DNA of 64,000 nucleotides. It comes from an uncultured Holophaga sp. GTDB lineage: Bacteria > Acidobacteriota > Holophagae > Holophagales > Holophagaceae. Below the pieces are notes generated by a model, which was not told where the DNA came from, did not search any database, and saw only the letters and a program-made list of their open reading frames with translations. The position numbers were made by a program, and so were the translations under genes. Positions 59,961-64,000 of this stretch are shown here, piece by piece. The stretch is from contig OY761614.1 of assembly GCA_963664825.1 (NCBI GenBank), forward strand, positions 2,016,001 to 2,080,000. Direction: 5' to 3'. Numbering within the stretch: position 1 is the stretch's first letter; the number at the start of each line of letters is the position of its first letter.

Positions 59961-62567
59961 ATGGAATTCACTCTTAACGGCAGACAAACCCGCTACGAGG
60001 GGAGCCCCGAGCTCGTCCTGCTCACCTACCTGCGCGACGTGGCCGGGCTGATCAGTCCCAAGGATGGATGTTCGGGTGAGGGCGTCTGCGGATGCTGCAC
60101 GATCCTGGTGGATGGGGCCTCCCGCCTGAGCTGTCGCATGAAGATGAAGGACGTTGCGGGAAAGCACCTCGTCACCTTGGAGGGCCTCGCCGCTCGGGAG
60201 CGGGAGGCCTTCGCCGACGCCTTCGTGCTCAAGGGGGGCGTCCAGTGCGGTTTCTGTACGCCGGGCATCGTGATGAAGGCCAAGGCCATCCTGGACAAGA
60301 ATCCCAATCCCACTCGGGACGAGATCACCCAGGGGCTTTCGGCGAATCTGTGTCGCTGCACGGGCTACAAGAAGGTGGTGGATTCCATTGTCTGTGCCGC
60401 CGAAGCGCTCCGCAGCGGCAGTCCCGTTCCCGTGGCCGAAGGCACGGGGCGGGTCGGCACGCGCCACGGGAAATACACGGCCCGGGAGGCGGTGCTGGGT
60501 GAGCGCGTTTTCGTGGGGGACATGAAGGAGCCCGGCATGCTCCACGGCGCCCTGAAATTTTCGGAGCATCCGAGGGCGAAGGTGCTCCGCATAGATATCT
60601 CCCAGGCGCTTCGTGTGCCCGGCGTCCAGCGCATCCTCCTGGCGGGGGATGTGCCTGGAAAGCGTTTCATGGGTTCCATCTTCCAGGATTGGCCCGTGCT
60701 GGTGGCAGAGGGGGAGATCACCCGCTACATCGGGGATGTGCTGGCCAGCGTGGCGGCCACCACCCTGGAAGCCGCCCGGGAGGCCGTCTCCAGGATCCAG
60801 GTGGAATACGAGGTCCTGGAGCCCGTGACCGATATCTTCGAGGCCCTGGAACCCTCGGCCCCCCAGATCACGGAGAAGGGCAATATCCTCCACAGCGCGG
60901 AGGTGCGCGTGGGCGATGCGGAAGCGGCCTTGGCTAAATCCGCCTTCGTGACCCGGAACCGCTTCAGCACCCAGCGCGTCGAGCACGCCTTCCTGGAGAC
61001 GGAGGCCACCCTGGCCCTGCCCTGGGTGAAGGATGGACAGCGGGGGATCAAGGTCTTCAGTTGTAGCCAGGGCGTCTACGAGGACCGCCATCAGTTGGCC
61101 CTGGTGCTGGACCTGCCCAAGTCCCGGGTGAATGTCGTGCAGGTGCAGAATGGGGGCGGCTTCGGCGGCAAGGAGGACCTGACCACCCAGGCCCATGCGA
61201 CCCTGCTGTCCTGGTTCACGGATAGACCGGTGCGGGTGCGCCTGAATCGGAAGGAGTCGCTGCGCATGCATCCCAAGCGCCACCCCTTCGTGATGGACTA
61301 TGCCGTGGGCTGTGACCGGGATGGCCTGCTCACCGCCATGGTGGTGACCATGCACTCGGATTCCGGCGCCTACGCCAGCGTGGGCTCCGCGGTGCTGGAC
61401 CGGGCCGTGTCCCATTCCGCTGCCACCTACACCGTGCCCAATGTGCATGTGAAGGGCACGGCGGTGATCACCAACAACGTCCCCTGCGGCGCCTTTCGCG
61501 GCTTCGGCGTCAACCAGTCGAATTTCGCCTTCGAATCCTGCCTGGACGAACTCTGCCGCATGGGGGGCTTCGACAGGTGGAAGTTCCGCTGGGACAACGC
61601 CCTGGTGGATGGCAAGACGACGGCCACCGGGCAGATCCTGGAATCTGGCGTGGGCGTGCGCGCCTGCCTGGAGGCCCTGAAGGATCGCTTCTATCAGGCC
61701 AAATGCGCGGGTCTGGCGGCGGCCATGAAGAATACCGGCATCGGATGTGGCATGCCGGACTTCAGTCACGCCAAGATTGTCATCAAGGGCCCCCAATGCG
61801 TGGAGGTCCATCACGGCTGGTGCGAGATGGGGCAGGGCTCCTTCACCATGGCTGTCCAGACCCTCGTGGAGGAGACGGGCATCGATCCTGCCTTCATCGA
61901 TGTGATCGTCGCGACCGATGAGGAAGCCGAGTCGGGCATGACGACCGGCTCCCGGGGCACCTCCCTCCTCGCCAACTCCGTGCGCGTGGCCTGCCAGGAC
62001 TTGAAGCGCGAAATGGCCTCGGGGAAATCCTTGTCAGATCTCGTGGGCCGCGAATTCCGCGGAAGCTGGGTCTGCGACTGGACCGTGGCCCCCGGCCAGC
62101 AGCCTCCGGCCGGGAAGCCCATCGTCACCCACTACTCGTACGGCTACGCCGCGCAGCTCGTGGAGCTGGACGAGACGGGAAAGATCACGCGCATCACCGC
62201 CGCCCACGACGCAGGACGCATCATGAATCCCACCCTCTTCGAGGGACAGATCGAAGGCGCCCTCCATATGGGCCTGGGCTACGCCCTCACCGAGGAATTC
62301 CCGTTCAAGGACGGTTTTCCTGTTTCCTTCAAGATGGCCGATCTGGGCATCCTCCGGCCGAAGGATATGCCTCCCATGGAGGTGATCGGCATCGAGGTGC
62401 CCGATGCGGTGGGCCCCTATGGCGCCAAGGGGGTGGGCGAGATCGGCTTGGTGCCCACCGCCGCGGCCGTGGCCAACGCCCTCTGCCAGTTCGATGGATT
62501 GCGCCGCACGACCCTCCCCCTGCGGGAGATGAAGGCCCTCGGCAAGAAGAACAAGGGAGTCTCGTAA
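59961..62567 (+). CDS. xdh: Xanthine dehydrogenase-family molybdoenzyme with fused 2Fe-2S and Moco domains (selenium-dependent type)
   Basis: GCSGEGVCGCC, QCGFCTPG, CRCTGY, GGGFGGK, AFRGFG and AKGVGE. Confidence 0.85.
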   Translation: MEFTLNGRQTRYEGSPELVLLTYLRDVAGLISPKDGCSGEGVCGCCTILVDGASRLSCRMKMKDVAGKHLVTLEGLAAREREAFADAFVLKGGVQCGFCTPGIVMKAKAILDKNPNPTRDEITQGLSANLCRCTGYKKVVDSIVCAAEALRSGSPVPVAEGTGRVGTRHGKYTAREAVLGERVFVGDMKEPGMLHGALKFSEHPRAKVLRIDISQALRVPGVQRILLAGDVPGKRFMGSIFQDWPVLVAEGEITRYIGDVLASVAATTLEAAREAVSRIQVEYEVLEPVTDIFEALEPSAPQITEKGNILHSAEVRVGDAEAALAKSAFVTRNRFSTQRVEHAFLETEATLALPWVKDGQRGIKVFSCSQGVYEDRHQLALVLDLPKSRVNVVQVQNGGGFGGKEDLTTQAHATLLSWFTDRPVRVRLNRKESLRMHPKRHPFVMDYAVGCDRDGLLTAMVVTMHSDSGAYASVGSAVLDRAVSHSAATYTVPNVHVKGTAVITNNVPCGAFRGFGVNQSNFAFESCLDELCRMGGFDRWKFRWDNALVDGKTTATGQILESGVGVRACLEALKDRFYQAKCAGLAAAMKNTGIGCGMPDFSHAKIVIKGPQCVEVHHGWCEMGQGSFTMAVQTLVEETGIDPAFIDVIVATDEEAESGMTTGSRGTSLLANSVRVACQDLKREMASGKSLSDLVGREFRGSWVCDWTVAPGQQPPAGKPIVTHYSYGYAAQLVELDETGKITRITAAHDAGRIMNPTLFEGQIEGALHMGLGYALTEEFPFKDGFPVSFKMADLGILRPKDMPPMEVIGIEVPDAVGPYGAKGVGEIGLVPTAAAVANALCQFDGLRRTTLPLREMKALGKKNKGVS

Positions 62568-64000
62568 TGGAAAAAGCATTCCGCCCCGCCTCGCTGGAAC
62601 GCCTGGCCCGCTGGATCTTCGAGGAACTGGACGGCCGGGACACGGTCCTGGGCATCCCCAAGGCCCATATCCAGATCCCCAGTGCCCGAATGGCCTCGCC
62701 TATGTTCGGCCGCACCCTGGCCGCTCCCCTGGGCGTGGCCGCCGGGCCCCACACCCAGCTCGCCCAGAACATCGTTTCCGCCTGGCTCTGCGGGGCGCGC
62801 TTCCTGGAACTCAAGACCGTCCAGATCCTCGATGAGATCCAGGTCAGTCGTCCCTGCATCGATTCCGCCGACGCCACTTTCAATTGCGAGTGGTCCCAGG
62901 AACTGAAGCTGGAAGAATCCTTCGACGAATACCTCAACGCCTGGGTGCTGGTGCATGCCCTGGCCCATCGCTTGGGACTGAAGGATCCCGGCACCCTCTT
63001 CGCCATGAGCGTCGGCTACAACCTGGAGGGCATCCAGAACCCCCGGGTGCAGCGCTTCATCGCCTCCATGCGCGATGCCAGCCACGCCCTGCCCGCGGCC
63101 ATTGCAGCGGTGGCCAAGGCCTACCCGGCTGTGCGGGAGATTGAGATCCCCCACCAGATCTCCGACCACATCACACTCTCCACCATGCACGGATGTCCCC
63201 CGGCGGAAATCGAGCGCATCGCCCGCTACCTGCTGGTGGACCTGGGCGTGAACACCTGGGTGAAGCTCAATCCCACTCTGCTCGGCCCCGAGCGGCTGCG
63301 GGGCATCCTCAGTGACACCCTCGGCTTCGAGATCCAGGTGCCGGACGCCGCCTTCGAGCACGATCCCAAGTTCGAGGACGCCATGGCCATGGTGAAGAAC
63401 CTGGCCAAGGTCGCCCAGGGCCTGCCCCAGCACTTCGGCCTCAAACTCTCCAATACGCTGGAAGTGGTGAACCACCGGCCCATCTTCCCCTCCGGCGAAA
63501 AGATGATGTACATGTCCGGGCGCTCCCTGCATCCGCTCACGGTCAACCTGGCCAAGCTGGTCACGGACGCGCTATCCGGGCTTTGCTCGGACAGCGCGTG
63601 GGGGTCAAAGGGGGGACATCGCGACCCACGGGAGCAGGCGGTCCCCCCTTTCCGGACAGAAGCCCTGGATGGCCAGGTGCCCATCAGCTTCTGCGGCGGT
63701 GCCGACGCCACGAACTTCGCGGGTCTGGTGGCCGACGGCCTCGGGCCGGTCACCGTCTGCACCGATCTCCTGAAACCCGGAGGCTACGCCCGGCTCCAGC
63801 AGTATCTGGTGAACCTCGATTCGGCCATGGTGGAGGCCGGTGCCAATAGCCTGGAAGCCTTTGTCCAGGCCCGTTCCGGCGGCCAGGGCGCCCGCTTCAA
63901 TCTGGCCCGCCACGCCGAATGCGTCCTCGATGACGAGCGCTACGCGCGCCGGGAGAAGCCCCTCCAGTTCAAGGGAGAGCGGGCCCTCGGAACCTTCGAT
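62567..64000 (+). CDS. ygfK: YgfK-like oxidoreductase (putative selenate reductase family), truncated by the window end
   Basis: GVAAGPHTQLAQNI, ELKTVQ, RPCID, STMHGCPP.EIE, VKLNPTLLG and MYMSGR; coupled to xdh (TAATG). Confidence 0.88.
   Translation, partial: MEKAFRPASLERLARWIFEELDGRDTVLGIPKAHIQIPSARMASPMFGRTLAAPLGVAAGPHTQLAQNIVSAWLCGARFLELKTVQILDEIQVSRPCIDSADATFNCEWSQELKLEESFDEYLNAWVLVHALAHRLGLKDPGTLFAMSVGYNLEGIQNPRVQRFIASMRDASHALPAAIAAVAKAYPAVREIEIPHQISDHITLSTMHGCPPAEIERIARYLLVDLGVNTWVKLNPTLLGPERLRGILSDTLGFEIQVPDAAFEHDPKFEDAMAMVKNLAKVAQGLPQHFGLKLSNTLEVVNHRPIFPSGEKMMYMSGRSLHPLTVNLAKLVTDALSGLCSDSAWGSKGGHRDPREQAVPPFRTEALDGQVPISFCGGADATNFAGLVADGLGPVTVCTDLLKPGGYARLQQYLVNLDSAMVEAGANSLEAFVQARSGGQGARFNLARHAECVLDDERYARREKPLQFKGERALGTFD
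63575..63669. repeat. Palindromic element, copy 2, in frame inside ygfK
   Basis: Core 75/82 identical to 47180-47261; inverted termini. Confidence 0.92.

Overview
GC-rich bacterial chromosomal segment, densely coding, from an anaerobe or facultative anaerobe. Gene content resembles Holophagae (Acidobacteriota), but that is inference only. No rRNA, tRNA, CRISPR array, integrase or transposase was seen. In order, it contains: a fibro-slime lipoprotein; a SPOR protein; a FabZ/KS/KS-like trio; a large pectin methylesterase-like lipoprotein with three 222-bp repeats; nuoABCD and nuoEF separated by marR-yceI-CDGSH; dat, a HEAT/serine hydrolase and azlCD; an SPFH pair plus DUF2835; a complete hdrCBA-flxDCBA cluster; psd, scpB and an S9 peptidase; a NemR-like detoxification operon; orphan motAB; two radical SAM genes and tsaA; a GntR/ABC operon; pckG; a glucose-family PTS; clpB; and xdh-ygfK. 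The most unusual signal is an ~82-93 nt palindromic element present twice (75/82 identical). It is inserted in frame in YgfK and probably, in the opposite orientation, in an ABC ATPase, which resembles Rickettsia-type coding palindromic elements. Also notable are two other short structured insertions (one duplicating the 3' end of nuoD), a probable ATT start codon, and several apparently leaderless genes.
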